Source of the DNA: Amphiscolops sp. MND2022
Taxonomy: Eukaryota
Direction of reading: 5' to 3'
DNA: 64,000 nt
NCBI GenBank assembly: GCA_964187785.1
Contig: OZ076421.1
Span: 50,096,001 to 50,160,000, forward strand
Part shown: piece by piece, positions 1-11,823 of the stretch
Numbering within the stretch: position 1 is the first letter of the stretch
How the letters are laid out: every line of letters begins with the position of its first letter
Translations under genes and position numbers: made by a program
Notes under the pieces: generated by a model
Seen by the model: only the letters and a program-made list of their open reading frames with translations
Databases searched by the model: none
What the model was told of the DNA's origin: nothing

Positions 1-37
1 GGTTAAGGAATCGGACAATTTCTCTACTAATTGATTA

Positions 38-300
38 ATTTGAACAAGCCGGGAACGGCCCAAGTCGGCGCCCTGTTCAAGGGTCAAAAGAGTAAAGTTT
101 CTTGAATACTTTCGTCAAAAGTATATCAAATTTACAGTGCCGAAAAATACAAGAAGGGATACGCATAAGACACGAACACAACTTTTTTCTAACTTGAAAC
201 ATCAAAAAACTAATTTTTTTTCTAGAAAAAAAATTCTTCGGGCAAGTCTCATGATGCCGGAAAAGAAGCTTTACGCTTGTCAACGCTTTTATCAGTCCGA
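38..300. repeat. Dispersed repeat, copy 1 (non-autonomous element fragment)
   Basis: aatttgaacaagccgggaacggcccaagtcggcg at 38 recurs, diverged, as aatttgaacaagccgagaacggcataagtcggcg at ~3321, with patchy similarity for about 250 bp. Confidence 0.5.
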
Positions 301-446
301 ACACAATTAATAAAGTGAAGGGGGGTACCCTTTGACCAAGTGAAAATTGTATTTAAAAAAGCCAGACTTTGTAAAAAAAACAGATCTTTTCGCGATAAAA
401 GAGGCGACAGATATAGACTGCTTCGAAGCGCATTGTAAGAAAATTA

Positions 447-520
447 GCGCATATGCACCAGTTCGAACACGAAACCTCTGGGTTGAAAAGCAAGCATTTT
501 ACCACTAGCCCATGAACGCC
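447..520 (-). pseudogene. Degenerate tRNA-like sequence (Glu-like) or SINE head
   Basis: Minus strand GGCGTTCATGGGCTAGTGGTAAAATGCTTGCTTTTCAACCCAGAGGTTTCGTGTTCGAACTGGTGCATATGCGC: 74 nt with an A-box-like TAGTGG, a B-box-like GTTCGAAC and CT-TTC-AA at the anticodon position. The acceptor and T stems pair poorly. Confidence 0.45.
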
Positions 521-1520
521 TGAAATGTGCGACTTGCCGGCTGAAACGAGAGTTGTCGCGCGGAAAAAAGCACCCGCACTTTCTCATAACACTTGCTTAT
601 CGGAAGTGTAATTAATCCAGAGCATTTCTTATAACTACGACCTAAAAGTTGATGAGATCAAAATAGTCAAAGTAAAGTTAACAAGACGGGAACGTCAAAG
701 TCGTCGCTATATCTAAGGCTCAAAAAGCGCAGTTTTTAAATATGCGTAGGACGTTTTCATGAAAAACTCCTCTCTTCGAACCTCGCCTCCTCCTTAATAA
801 AACGCAATATAGTTCGCATATAACGTCAAAAGTTCAGATATAGCGCTTCAATTCGGATATTACGAGAGAGACTTGAATAAAATCGAAGGAGACATTAAAG
901 AATTTGCGGAAAAAAGTCACACAGTGGCGAAACAAAATCGAAAGGGGGACCCTTTAGTCTCGTCCGGTTTTGCAGGTAACATTAAAAAAGTAAAAAAAAT
1001 GAAAGAGGGCCTTTTGCACTAAGTTTCCGCTGGCCGGACTTGGCCTCAGTAGTTTTAGTAGTTTCTATAAAAAGTGGACCGATCAGTGTGAGGTCTGTGG
1101 TCTGGAGAAAAAAATGTCACTGTAACTGTCGGGCGTTTTTGCGTTAATGAAAAATGCGCTGACAAAAAACTAGAGAAAAGTTTGAAAAGGTCAACCCAAA
1201 ACAATTTCAAGACCCTTGCGCCTTAAAACAATTCATAGGAAATTGACCTCGACGTCAGGAATTTTCGGAAATTATAATATGTAGAGGGCCAGAATTTTTC
1301 ACCTGTGGTGTTTAGATTTTTGCAGAACTGTTCTACAACTTCATGCTTCGTGGAACACATTTTTTACAAGTGAAAAACACGATGTTTTCAAAAACCGAAT
1401 CTTTTTGCCAGATATTTTGTGTTCTGTTTCAAAAGGTGTCTTGCAGATACTTTAATTTGTCTGGTACGCTTCTCAAAGCCAAAAAGTCAAAAATCAGGAG
1501 CAGCTAAGTCAAAATTTGAT

Positions 1521-1590
1521 CAGGTCAACAATAACGCAAGGTCAACGATAACACAAGGTCAACAATAACACAAGGTCAACAATAACACAA
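1521..1590 (+). repeat. 17-bp minisatellite (caaggtcaacaataaca x4)
   Basis: Four near-identical tandem 17-mers, read directly. Confidence 0.85.
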
Positions 1591-1625
1591 GCCGAGCTCG
1601 CATGCATTTCACAGCTAATATTGGA

Positions 1626-1980
1626 AAATCAGCGCATTAGGCCGCGGCTTGTATTTGAAACAAAATGTTGCAACATTAATACAATTTTGGAAGCACCATC
1701 ATCTCCGGTTAATTCTTGTTCGGATAATTCGGATCTTCCTTTAATCCGCATGTATCTGGGATACCCATTTCGCGACGACCAAAGTCGTATTCCTCATTAT
1801 TCGTACTATTTTATTCGATCCCTAACGATATGCATTCGACGTATTTGACAGTATCTCAATATCCAATGAATCATTTCCATATCGAAGTGCCGTGTGTTCC
1901 AGCAAATACATCTTACGTTTGAAAATGAGTCAAAAACCTCGACAAATGACTTTCGGATTTGTTGGCAGAAATCAAACAAG
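1626..1980 (-). pseudogene. piggyBac-like transposase relic
   Basis: Manual minus-strand translation ...FDMEMIHWILRYCQIRRMHIVRDRIK*YE**GIRLWSSRNGYPRYMRIKG...GDDGASKIVLML resembles the piggyBac DE.M...KYGIK.W...GY...G...VV.L region. It contains three stops. Confidence 0.4.
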
Positions 1981-3319
1981 AACGTTTTCGAAGATTGACA
2001 AAACGACTTATTCGGGAAATGACAATTATTTTGTGTTTTTGCTTAAATCTATACTAGTTCATGAGCAATTCTACTCGATTTCAGCTCACGAAATTAATAT
2101 TTGATATATAATCGACCAGAAAAACACTATATTTGTCCTAGAAAAAAGTTCCTTATTTCAGAGGTTCCTACAAAGTGTGAACGTCAAACTTTTTGAAATT
2201 AACGAAAAACATCGCAGTGCCATTGCGCCTCTCATTGACTTGAGCTTTAAAATCAGTGAACAAAATGTAAGACTTTGCAGTCTTTGAAAACAGTAAATTT
2301 ATATCCTTCGAAAATTGGGTTCATTCAGATTTGAAAAAACGGAAAGATTGGTACAAATAGGCTTCATTTACAAAATAATGTAAACAACAAAGTATATACA
2401 TAATGAGATGAAACAAAAAATTTTAGAGTAGCATTGAACATTTACACGAATAAATGATATTTAAATAAAAATCCATTCAAATTTTGCGGAGGAAATTGCA
2501 CTAAATGATGCACCATTAACTCGTTGCTGTAGGAAAACCATGGTATTATTGAATCTAAGGAGTAAAATTTTTGTGGCTGCAAGGATTTTTATTATAAACT
2601 CCTAAACGTCAATTAATTTCTCTCAAATTTCAACATCTCAAACCACAGCATGAATCCCCTCAACAGGTGCTGGAAATTTTCTAAGTGCCCAGTTGGACCA
2701 GAGGTACTTCTGTAATCCCTATTGGCAAGGATTAACTTCTATTCAAACAGCAGCGTTGATACAGGAAACGTTTGGAAAATTTTTTGTTTCTCATCGATCG
2801 TGTTAAATAATATTAAACCAGTTATTAGTTTTAAAATTAAAATTATTCATTTAAAAAGAATTTTGTACTTTCAAAGCTATGATGGTTTCTTATTTGTAAC
2901 TATTTCTGATAGTATTGAATATAGTGCTTCCTCTCTGTCTCTCCCCAAAAAATTTCAAAATAGGCCCCTTTTCCAAATTTTCAATTTCTCCTTTGGGCTA
3001 CACTATCGCCTTTGATTATACTGTCTTCGATTTTTTTCGGACGATAGGCTTTGTTACTTGAAGAAAATAATACAACTACGGAGCGTATATGACGTTTTGA
3101 ATCGATTATCAATGCATGCGAATCTCTTGGCGTTCGAATCATTACCACTCGTCAGCTTCATCTCAAAGAGTTACCTGGCTGCTGCGAAAAATGGATAAAC
3201 TACCTGAAGACTTGAGTATCGTTGCCTAACTGCTAACAGAATTGCCGACCAAAGTGGGATGACGGAATTCTGGAAAAAATCTCATTTACGGCTTCTATAA
3301 CATTTCAGCTTTCCAATAG

Positions 3320-3560
3320 TAATTTGAACAAGCCGAGAACGGCATAAGTCGGCGCTATATCAAATGCTCAAAAATAGCAAAAGGACTTCAAAGTATCAAG
3401 TATTCTTTTATAGTACCTAAAAAACCCAAACGTTGGACCAAATTGGCGCGACAGGAGAGACCCTTTGAGGTTTTTCATCAATTCTGTCGCAAATCAAAAA
3501 TAGACTGGCGAAAAAAAATCGAAAAAAGTCTCACAATGCCGAAAAAAGCTGAAAGGGGAC
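3320..3560. repeat. Dispersed repeat, copy 2
   Basis: Same orientation as 38-300 and similar in sequence. Confidence 0.5.
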
Positions 3561-4269
3561 CTTTCTGTGCAAGAAGGTCTTATATCGCTGTACAAATATG
3601 CTATGGCAACGTGCTTGTACAGATTCAATTGATTTGGTACAGAAGTCTGGAGAAACCTTTTGGAACAACCACCCATGTTTTTCCAGTTTGAGTTCCAGAC
3701 AAGCCGCGGTAATGACATGGAAAAAGTCACTTGGACACATGAGGGAAGAGGTCCGCTTCAGATTCCACAGCTATCCATTCGATCGTGCAGGAAGTCAAAT
3801 CGTGGAGCGGCCTTTTGGAGGGTTGACTTCACAATGGGAGATCCTAATTAACTACCATCTCTTTCAGAAAACCCTGTATCCATTGCATCGATCATTCTCA
3901 CAAATGTTATAATGTTATTTGACTATTTCTGTTAGTATGACGGCTAGACTGATAGTGGGTCAAGCATTTTTGGAACTGTTATCAGAATCAAAGCTCTCAG
4001 TAGCGGATAACAGTTGTTTGTCGAACGAATTCGCACAAAAATGTTGCGCAAAGTGTCGTCAGATAATATTCATGTTTTTGAGACCAGAGCAGCAGAAAGA
4101 ACTAAAAGAGCCATGAAGACCAAAGCAATGCAAGAATCAGATAAACATTTGATGGAGACAGTGAATTGTCGTGTATCGAGTGTTTCGTGTATTTGCAAAA
4201 ACCATTACGTGTATTAGTGTATTTTAAAAAATCGCGTTATTTCCGTGTATATTCGTGTATCGTTTCTGA

Positions 4270-4421
4270 AAAATAAAAAAGACCCTCGAAGTTTTTGGCG
4301 TCATACGGTTTCTTCTATTTGCGCATCGTATGTTACATTGAGAAAATAGCCTTTCGACTGCTCCTGAGCTTACTGGAATAGCTACAATTTCAAGGATCAC
4401 TTTTTTGAACACTACTCGCAC
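4270..4421 (-). pseudogene. hAT transposase C-terminal dimerisation-domain relic
   Basis: ORF 4224-4421 contains ILEIVAIPVSSGAVERLFSQCNIRCANRRNRMTP, matching the hAT IP.SS...ER.FS......RRNRL.P motif. No upstream transposase frame is recoverable. Confidence 0.7.
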
Positions 4422-4773
4422 CTGCGTCCCAAATTCACGCGCTCAATTTAACTTTCGCAATTTCGTGTATATTTTTCAAAAAATCGTGCATCGCTTAGTT
4501 CGTGTATTTAAAAAAGCAATGTCGTGCATCGTGTACAATTCACTGGTTGGAGATAAAATCGGTAGACGAAATAAAGCAGTCGCCAACCAGTAGATGGTCA
4601 GAGAAAATGGACAATACCAAACTCCTTAATGGTAAATGCTTTGAGCAAGAAAAATGTGTCTATTCGAGAATCATTTGTGGCGCTTGACTTGCAACATGAT
4701 CAATGAAGGCATCTCAAAAGGTCAATTCTGTGTGTTCTAAAAACTTCTGAAAAACCCCAGACAAATAACTTTT

Positions 4774-5148
4774 TGTTGCACAGCCGGGAGGGAGGGCGCT
4801 CCCACCGTAAACAAAAGAGGTTGTCAAAGGTTTATTAAAAGTGGATGGACAGAAATTCTCTTCGCAGAATTACGGCTTTTAACGGTGGTGCCTTGCAAAG
4901 GCGTCAGCTTGCGACCTAGCCGGGGACCGCGAGTGTCGACATAAAGTATTCCCCACACGTCGTCGAAGGGCATGCCTCGGCAAGCACACGGATTGGGCGT
5001 CGGAACGCTACGTGGCGTTGTACTATTGACGGGGCGAGAATGTAGGAGGTGGATGCAGCTAATAGCAGTCGAGAGTGTGAATGTTATGAAACTTCAATAT
5101 TGTTGAATTTATGACTTTTAAACATTTACTAGCTGTTTTTTCCTAACA
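4774..5148 (-). mobile_element. Possible solo LTR or small element
   Basis: 375-bp, relatively GC-rich block bounded by TGTT...AACA, with AATAAA near its minus-strand 3' end. The flanks (ctttt / aaaaa) do not form a TSD. Confidence 0.25.
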
Positions 5149-5376
5149 AAAAAAAAACAAAAATGTCTTGTGTTCAATGGTTCTTATCAACGACTGATTG
5201 CAACAGTTAGCTGGCCTAATGGAAGGATCTAACTGTAGGATAGAATCATGAACTTAATCGTTGACTGCACAGTCCGAATATTGAGAAGTCATTTTGTTCG
5301 AAGTTTTGGTAGTGATAGCCTTCACAAGTTGTCAAAAGGCCAACTTGAAAGGCTATCTCAGGATAATAGCAAACCT

Positions 5377-8300
5377 TGCAGAAGCTCGATCTATGAAGAG
5401 CACGTGCCATCAATGTGAATGACACTTTCAAACACTTTGGATCCAAAAGGTGAGTAGTATAGAAATTTGTTAGGTATACAACGGGGTGAGGCCCTCTCGG
5501 GGCCAACGGGGATGATCCGAATCCTTCACGGAATCCTTGAATTTGCGGTTTCACTGAGACGTAGCGCAAAGCGAAGCTTTTCACAGTGTCTGCGCAGACC
5601 GTGTCGCGACACAGAAAGGAACCGAAGTTCCTATTGGCACTCTCTGCTCGTTACCGATGTCCACGAAAGCCAGCTGAAGTGATTTCTAGTTGAAATTGAA
5701 AATAGAATCCGACAAAGAGAACAGTCAAAATAAAGGTGTGAAAGTAGACTTCAACAACGACTGACAGTCATGAAATTAGAAAACTCAAATTTCAACAGAA
5801 TCAAAAGGCCAAAAGACTCATTTTCATGCCTATAAACGAAAAGGACGAAAAATGAGAAAACCTCTTAATATCCGACTTCTCTCAGACGTGAATTGTAGAG
5901 GAGAATCCAAAAATAAGTAATCAGGGTACCACAACAAAAAATCATCTAGTCAAGATCAAAATTTACCTTTGCTTATATTGCAATTTCCACTTGAAAAAAA
6001 TCTCATCTCCTTACTCAACCAACTCACTTAGAATCTGAAGATGTCTCCCCCCAATTACGAACAGTATGAGCGAGGCCCCTCTATGCTAAGAAGAAGAGCA
6101 ATCAGCTCAATCCCAGAGTGCGATATCACGCCATAATAGTGGCTGAAGATGGAGCTGGTTTTTATTGCTTCTCAGACGCCAAAAAAGCTGGGCTGTTGAA
6201 AGAGCCGCGCCGTCAAAAACAACCCTTCGATGGCGCCAACTACAGCAGTCAGGTGGCGAAATGGCGGTATCTCAATCATCCGTCGCCCTGTTCCAAACGG
6301 TGGCGGCATCAACGAGACCCCATTGCTAAAAAAGTCTCGAACCTCATAGGCGACGATTGAAGTGCAAGTGTGAGAACTTGTACTGTTCTGAAATCTCCTG
6401 TAAAGCAACCACTCCTGGTGTCCTCCTAGTTGTTTTTTTCTTCATCGTGTGCTGGTGATTCACCGGTTTTGAGCTCGATCTGGGCCAATTTAGCAACTGT
6501 AGGAGCCACCGACATGGTTCATGGTAACGAGACCAAAGCTTCAAAAGCAAAGATTTCTCTAAGATTTTTTCCAGGATAGAAAATTGAGAAAGCTAAGCGG
6601 GGATTTTTTCTGAGATAAAATATGAATGAATTGACAAATAACTAAGATAAAAGACTTAGAGTGGCTTTTACGTGAAAATGAGAATGAATGATTGAAGATT
6701 CTGCCCAAAAAGTGAAAATTGTTATTTACAAAAAACTTGTCAACAAAAAGGCACATCAGTGAAGAATGAATTATGTACATATGTATAAATAACCAGACAT
6801 TTCAGTCAATGATTGGCATTATTTGTACCATTAATTACAATAAAATATTGCATGGTTATGTTATGCTAATAAACATATTCACAAAATGTACAATTCACCA
6901 ACAGAGTTTGAGTGAAGATTAAATGGATGTTAATATGGGGCGGCATAATATTAAAGGTGTATGAAAAAGTTGTATATAAGTAATATTCTGATTGACAACA
7001 TAAAATTGGTGGTCATGCATAAAAAACTGAGCCACCAAAACATCCTAATGCAGAAGCTCGATCTATGAAGAGCACGTGCCATCAATGTGAATGACACTTT
7101 CAAACACTTTGGATCCAAAAGGTGAGTAGTATAGAAATTTGTTAGGTATACAACGGGGTGAGGCCCTCTCGGGGCCAACGGGGATGATCCGAATCCTTCA
7201 CGGAATCCTTGAATTTGCGGTTTCACTGAGACGTAGCGCAAAGCGAAGCTTTTCACAGTGTCTGCGCAGACCGTGTCGCGACACAGAAAGGAACCGAAGT
7301 TCCTATTGGCACTCTCTGCTCGTTACCGATGTCCACGAAAGCCAGCTGAAGTGATTTCTAGTTGAAATTGAAAATAGAATCCGACAAAGAGAACAGTCAA
7401 AATAAAGGTGTGAAAGTAGACTTCAACAACGACTGACAGTCATGAAATTAGAAAACTCAAATTTCAACAGAATCAAAAGGCCAAAAGACTCATTTTCATG
7501 CCTATAAACGAAAAGGACGAAAAATGAGAAAACCTCTTAAGATCCGACTTCTCTCAGACGTGAATTGTAGAGGAGAATCCAAAAATAAGTAATCAGGGTA
7601 CCACAACAAAAAATCATCTAGTCAAGATCAAAATTTACCTTTGCTTCTATTGCAATTTCCACTTGAAAAAAATCTCATCTCCTTACTCAACCAACTCACT
7701 TAGAATCTGAAGATGTCTCCCCCCAATTACGAACAGTATGAGCGAGGCCCCTCTATGCTAAGAAGAAGAGCAATCAGCTCAATCCCAGAGTGCGATATCA
7801 CGCCATAATAGTGGCTGAAGATGGAGCTGGTTTTTATTGCTTCTCAGACGCCAAAAAAGCTGGGCTGTTGAAAGAGCCGCGCCGTCAAAAACAACCCTTC
7901 GATGGCGCCAACTACAGCAGTCAGGTGGCGAAATGGTGGTATCTCAATCATCCGTCGCCCTGTTCCAAACGGTGGCGGCATCAACGAGACCCCATTGCTA
8001 AAAAAGTCTCGAACCTCATTGGCGACGATTGAAGTGCAAGTGTGAGAACTTGTACTGTTCTGAAATCTCCTGTAAAGCAACCACTCCTGGTGTCCTCCTA
8101 GTTGTTTTTTTCTTCATCGTGTGCTGGTGATTCACCGGTTTTGAGCTCGATCTGGGCCAATTTAGCAACTGTAGGAGCCACCGACATGGTTCATGGTAAC
8201 GAGACCAAAGCTTCAAAAGCAAAGATTTCTCTAAGATTTTTTCCAGGATAGAAAATTGAGAAAGCTAAGCGGGGATTTTTTCTGAGATAAAATATGAATG

Positions 8301-8720
8301 AATTGACAAATAACTAAGATAAAAGACTTAGAGTGGCTTTTACGTGAAAATGAGAATGAATGATTGAAGATTCTGCCCAAAAAGTGAAAATTGTTATTTA
8401 CAAAAAACTTGTCAACAAAAAGGCACATCAGTGAAGAATGAATTATGTACATATGTATAAATAACCAGACATTTCAGTCAATGATTGGCATTATTTGTAC
8501 CATTAATTACAATAAAATATTGCATGGTTGTGTTATGCTAATAAACATATTCACAAAATGTACAATTCACCAACAGAGTTTGAGTGAAGATTAAATGGAC
8601 GTTAATATGGGGCGGCATAATATTAAAGGTGTATGAAAAAGTTGTATATAAGTAATATTCTGATTGACAACATAAAATTGGTGGTCATGCATAAAAAACT
8701 GAGCCACCAAAACATCCTAA
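5377..8720. repeat. 1672-bp direct tandem duplication at the left edge of the H3-like array
   Basis: 5377-7048 is repeated at 7049-8720; ORF pairs are offset by exactly 1672 (5467/7139, 6118/7790, 6559/8231). Confidence 0.95.
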
Positions 8721-11125
8721 TGAGTTTCATATTTGATTATGGCGGCCGTTTCCGTAGCTATCTTAACAGTTTCCAGTCTACTTTCGCTGAACCAAATTCG
8801 GTTTAGTTTCTGAACCCGGTAATGGTAAAAACAGAAAGTACTAGTCTTTCAAATGGAAGTTTTCTAATCGAAAGCTAAGTACTGTTCTGAAATCGCCTGT
8901 AACGCAACCACTCCTGGTGTCCTCCTAGTTGTTTTTTCCTTCATCGTGTGCTGGTGATTCACCGATTTTGAGCTCGATCTGGGCCAATTTAGCCACTGTA
9001 GGAGCCACCGACATGGTTCATGGTAAAGATACCATAGCTTCAGAAGCAAAGATTTTTCTAAGATTTTTTCCAGGATAGAAAATTGAGAAAGCTAAGCGGG
9101 GAATTTTTCTCAGATAGAAAAGGAATGAATTGACAAATAACTAATATAAATGACTTAGTGTGGCTTTTACGTGAAAATGAGAATGAATGAATGAAGATTC
9201 TGCCCAAAAAGTAAAAATTGTTATTTACAAAAAACTTGTCAACAAAAAGGCACATCAGTGAAGAATGAATTATGTACATATGTATAAATAACCAGTAAAA
9301 ATTTGACATTTCAGTCAAGGATTGGCATTATTTGTACCATTAATTACAATAAAATATTGCATGGTTATGTCATGCTAATAAACATATTCACAAAATGTAC
9401 AATTCACCGACAGAATTTGAGTGAAGATTAAATGGATGTTAATATGGGGCGGCATAATATTAAAGGTGTATGAAAAAGTTGTATATAAGTAACATTCTGA
9501 TTGACAACACAAAATTGGTGGTCATGCATAAAAAACTGAGCCACCAAAACATCCTAATGAGTTTCATCTTTGATTATGGCGGCCGTTTCCGTGGCTATCT
9601 TAACAGTTTCCAGTCTAATTTCGCTGAACCAAATTCGGTTTAGTTTCTGAACCCGGTAATGGTAAAAACAGAAAGTACTAGTCTTTCAAATGGAAGTTTT
9701 CTAATCAAAAGCTAAGTACTGTTCTGAAATCGCCTGTAAAGCAACCACTCCTGGTGTCCTCCTAGTTGTTTTTTCCTTCATCGTGTGCTGGTGATTCACC
9801 GGTTTTGAGCTCGATCTGGGCCAATTTAGCCACTGTAGGAGCCACCGACATGGTTCATGGTAAAGATACCATAGCTTCAGAAGCAAAGATTTTTCTAAGA
9901 TTTTTTCCAGGATAGAAAATTGAGAAAGCTAAGCGGGGATTTTTTCTGAGATAGAAAATGAATGAATTGACAAATAACTAAGATAGAGACTTAGTGTGGC
10001 TTTTACGTGAAAATGAGAATGAATGAAGATTCTGCCCAAAAAGTGAAAATTGTTATTTCCAAAATCTTGTCAACAAAAAGGCACATCAGTGGAGAATAAA
10101 TTATGTACATATGTATAAATAACCAGTAAAAATTTGACATTTCAGTCAAGGATTGGCATTATTTGTACCATAAATTACAATAAAATATTGCATGGTTATG
10201 TCATGCTAATAAACATATTCACAAAATGTACAATTCACCGACAGAATTTGAGTGAAGATTAAATGGATGTTAATATGGGGCGGCATAATATTAAAGGTGT
10301 ATGAAAAAGTTGTATATAAGTAATATTCTGATTGACAACACAAAATTGGTGGTCATGCATAAAAAACTGAGCCACCAAAACATCCTAATGAGTTTCATCT
10401 TTGATTATGGCGGCCGTTTCCGTGGCTATCTTAACAGTTTCCAGTCTAATTTCGCTGAACCAAATTCGGTTTAGTTTCTGAACCCGGTAATGGTAAAAAC
10501 AGAAAGTACTAGTCTTTCAAATGGAAGTTTTCTAATCAAAAGCTAAGTACTGTTCTGAAATCGCCTGTAAAGCAGCCACTCCTGGTGTCCTCCTAGTTGG
10601 TTTTTCCTTCATCGTGTGCTGGTGATTCACCGGTTTTGAGCTCGATCTGGGCCAATTTAGCCACTGTAGGAGCCACCGACATGGTTCATGGTAAAGATAC
10701 CATAGCTTCAGAAGCAAAGATTTTTCTAAGATTTTTTCCAGAATAGAAAATTGAGAAAGCTAAGCGGGGATTTTTTCTGAGAAAGAAAATGAATGAATTG
10801 ACAAATAACTAAGATAAAGACTTAGTGTGGCTTTTACGTGAAAAGGAGAATGAATGAAGATTCTGCCCAAAAAGTGAAAATTGTTATTTCCAAAAAACTT
10901 GTCAACAAAAAGGCACATCAGTGGAGAATAAATTATGTACATATGTATAAATAACCAGTAAAAATGTGACATTTCAGTCAATGATTGGCATTATTTGTAC
11001 CATTAATTACAATAACATATTGCATGGTTATGTCATGCTAATACATATTCACAAAATGTACAACTCACCGACAGAATTTGAGTGAAGATTTAAATGGATG
11101 TTAATATGGGGCGGTATAATATTAA
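6380..11125. repeat. ~835-bp tandem array with histone H3-like fragment, left arm
   Basis: The marker ctaatgagtttca recurs at ~8722, 9559 and 10390. The minus strand of each unit encodes KKTTRRTPGVVALQEI and, after a frameshift, [15 protein letters not shown]. Confidence 0.95.
8842..9014 (-). pseudogene. Histone H3-like (variant or CenH3-like) fragment, representative copy
   Basis: Reconstructed MSVAPTVAKLAQIELK...K.KTTRRTPGVVALQ(E/A)I / [15 protein letters not shown] versus canonical H3 [35 protein letters not shown]. It has frameshifts, a stop and a non-canonical N-tail. The end copy at ~27.97 kb reads [16 protein letters not shown] without the stop. Confidence 0.75.
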
Positions 11126-11154
11126 CATTACGACGCATATCCCTACACTTTTTG
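11126..11154 (+). repeat. Left terminal inverted repeat
   Basis: cattacgacgcatatccctacactttttg. Confidence 0.95.
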
Positions 11155-11156
11155 AA

Positions 11157-11575
11157 AACTGCGGAATTGACTGCTAACCGCAGGTAGCACCTACCAGACC
11201 TGGAATCCGCTGTTTAAAATGACGGATTTCAAAGACACACTTTATAACATGTGCAGCGGATTCCGCTTGCAATGTTTTCTGGATTCCGGGGACAAATCTC
11301 TTTACATTGAGTTTTTGGTGGAATTCAGAGGCATATATTATTATATTAGCAACAGTGGATTCCACAGTCGCTGTACCGGAATCCGGGGTCACATATTAAT
11401 ACACAGCATAAAATTAGTGGATTCCAAGGACAAGCTTTCGTAATGTAAAAGAAAAAACAGTGGAATCCACTGCTGCGACAGCGGATTCCGCAACAGCACC
11501 AGTGGATTCCGCTGTTGTGCAAGCGAATTCCGCAGTTTTTGACACCTGCTGTTTTTAACAGTGGATTCCACTGCA
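11157..11575. repeat. Left subterminal cluster of quasi-palindromic 11-mers (gcggattccgc / gtggattccac type)
   Basis: About 13 copies in mixed orientation. Confidence 0.9.
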
Positions 11576-11617
11576 AGATATCGCGAAATATGTACCTCGT
11601 TTAATCAGCACTTCTGA

Positions 11618-11823
11618 AGGCTCCAAACGTTTGAATTCAATGAAATTATCATAGTTTCTTATCATAGAACTAGATTAAAACACATCCAATTAAACACAAA
11701 ATACAGTAGTAGATTACGAGCAATACAGAAGTATGATACATATTTTAGTTTATCTCAGTAATCTTAATCCCAGAGACCATAGTAGAATACATAATGGAGA
11801 CAGTAATCTTAATCCCAGAGACA
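11618..11823 (+). repeat. 206-bp internal direct repeat, left copy
   Basis: aggctccaaa(c)gtttgaattcaatgaaattatc...cccagagaca, near-identical to 22301-22506 in the same orientation. Confidence 0.95.

Noticed and set aside
5450-5473. 24-nt GT-AG micro-intron
   Set aside because: It is much shorter than the supported introns here (53-89 bp and longer), and removing it does not yield an open frame.
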